From: the human T2T-CHM13v2.0 reference genome, Homo sapiens | Direction: 5' to 3' (one strand) | Assembly: GCF_009914755.1 (NCBI RefSeq) | Contig: NC_060934.1 | DNA length: 64,000 nucleotides | Shown: positions 62,493 through 64,000 of the stretch, one piece after another | Layout: each line of letters opens with the position of its first letter | How positions within the stretch are numbered: the stretch's first letter is position 1 | Position numbers and translations under genes: made by a program | Notes under the pieces: model-generated | Seen by the model: the letters and a program-made list of their open reading frames with translations, nothing else | Databases searched by the model: none | Told to the model about the DNA's origin: nothing

Positions 62493-64000
62493 GGCACATT
62501 TAACGAATGGAAAATATAAAAATAAGCTGTCATTTTAAATATATTATTGATTATCAAAGGGTAGAAAACCAGGTGCTCATGACGTAAACCTAAGTGGGTA
62601 CAATCTTTCCAGAGACTAGTTTGTCAATTTCCTCCCTATCCTGAGACTTTTCTATCTAATAGATCACTGATTTCTGATTTCTGTTCAGTGTCTAGCCCAT
62701 TCTGGCTAAATGAAACAAGGGGGATTGGCAGGGAGCTTATGGGAAACGTTGTCCTTATGATAAAAAGAGATGCATAGGAGGAAATACCCCTTTTCTTCCC
62801 ATGGGCATTGTCACGTGGTACCTGGAACTATGACACCACTTAGTGACCATGAAGCCCAAGCCAATACGTTGAAGATACCATATGAGCCACAGGAGAAAAG
62901 ACTTTATGTTTGGTGACATTACTGAGTTGCTGACTTAGGACTACAATGCCCCAACTTCCAAAATCTTGTTATGTGACAGTCAATTCCTTACTTACAAAAT
63001 TTCTTTAATTGGATCTCTTGTTCCTTGCAGCTAAAGGAATTCTGACAAAATAAATCAAAACTCAAAATGTGCATACCCTTGGAACACAAAATGTAATTTC
63101 TAGAGCTCTGACTCAAGGAAATATTCAGACAAGTAAACAGAGGTATATATAACATGCTATTTATAGTACTGAAAAACTACAAAGCCATGTAAATGCCCTT
63201 CAAAAAGAAGTTGGTTAAATACGTGGTTAAGTATTTCACTGTTACAGAGCCAATAAGATGTGATATGGATTAATATTTACAGACAGAAATGTTTATTTGA
63301 GGTCTATCGTTTAGGGGGAAAAAGAAGATTACAAAAGGGCACATACAGGTAGGATTACATTTATGTAAAATTTTGTGTATCTGATTACAGAGCTGCACGG
63401 AAGGCTATTCTCCAAGTTGGGAGTGGGGTGGGATTGATCAGCCATGGACGTGTAGAAAGGAAACTCCCAGAGATAAACATAGTCAGGGGCTTTGTGGCCA
63501 ATGCTGAAGGGAAAGAAAGTCTTAGCCATTGAACTTCAAGCATGTTTATACTAATGGTGAAACCGACTCTAAGAAAGCAATACAAATAAGGCGTTGTAAC
63601 CAACGAGCTTCAAGTATTTCTGGTCTCATTGGCAAGACCATCTCTTGTGAGACAGTGCATCCCTCTAAGTAGGTGTCATTTGTTTTCATTTGGATGCCTT
63701 CAGCTGCAAGTTACAGAATTCCCGACTTTCAACTGTGAGGGAATTATCTCACATAACTGAAGTCCTGAGTCAGAGTGGACTTCAGGTGTGATTGATTCAA
63801 GTGCCACTGATTCATCAAAGACCCAGTCCTGGCCAGGCACAGTGGCTCACGTGTGTAATTCCAGCACTTTGGGAGGTTGCAGTGAGATCGTGCCATTGCA
63901 CTCCAGTGAAAGGGGAAGATACATGGATGGTGGGTGGGCAACCTACAGTGTCCATTAATCCACACCAGTTGTCATTTTATTCCTCCGGCTCTCATGTTTT

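Overview
Primate, most likely human, genomic DNA: Alu-dense, with L1, L2, MIR and LTR relics. No prokaryotic features are present. The window lies in the large 5' intronic region of FRMD4A (minus strand). It contains one recognisable alternative first coding exon (9114-9206, MVVQAAVAPNRSQRLLLKIPYGSLRRRSVER, phase-0 GTAAGC donor), preceded by (CA)31. Nearly all other ORFs in the track are Alu or low-complexity artefacts. Main observations: (1) a ~1.15 kb orphan insertion (38909-40373, net of a later AluY) splits an old L1ME and ends in a decayed transmembrane-plus-tail frame resembling a rhabdovirus glycoprotein, a candidate non-retroviral endogenous viral element; (2) further candidate phase-0 alternative first exons of FRMD4A (25426-25491, 14243-14275); (3) a ~495 bp, ~95% identical inverted duplication brackets a near-perfect CTCF site; (4) a cluster of short local duplications, two of them pasted into older transposons. 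All repeat-family calls and alignments were made by eye or from memory, not computed.
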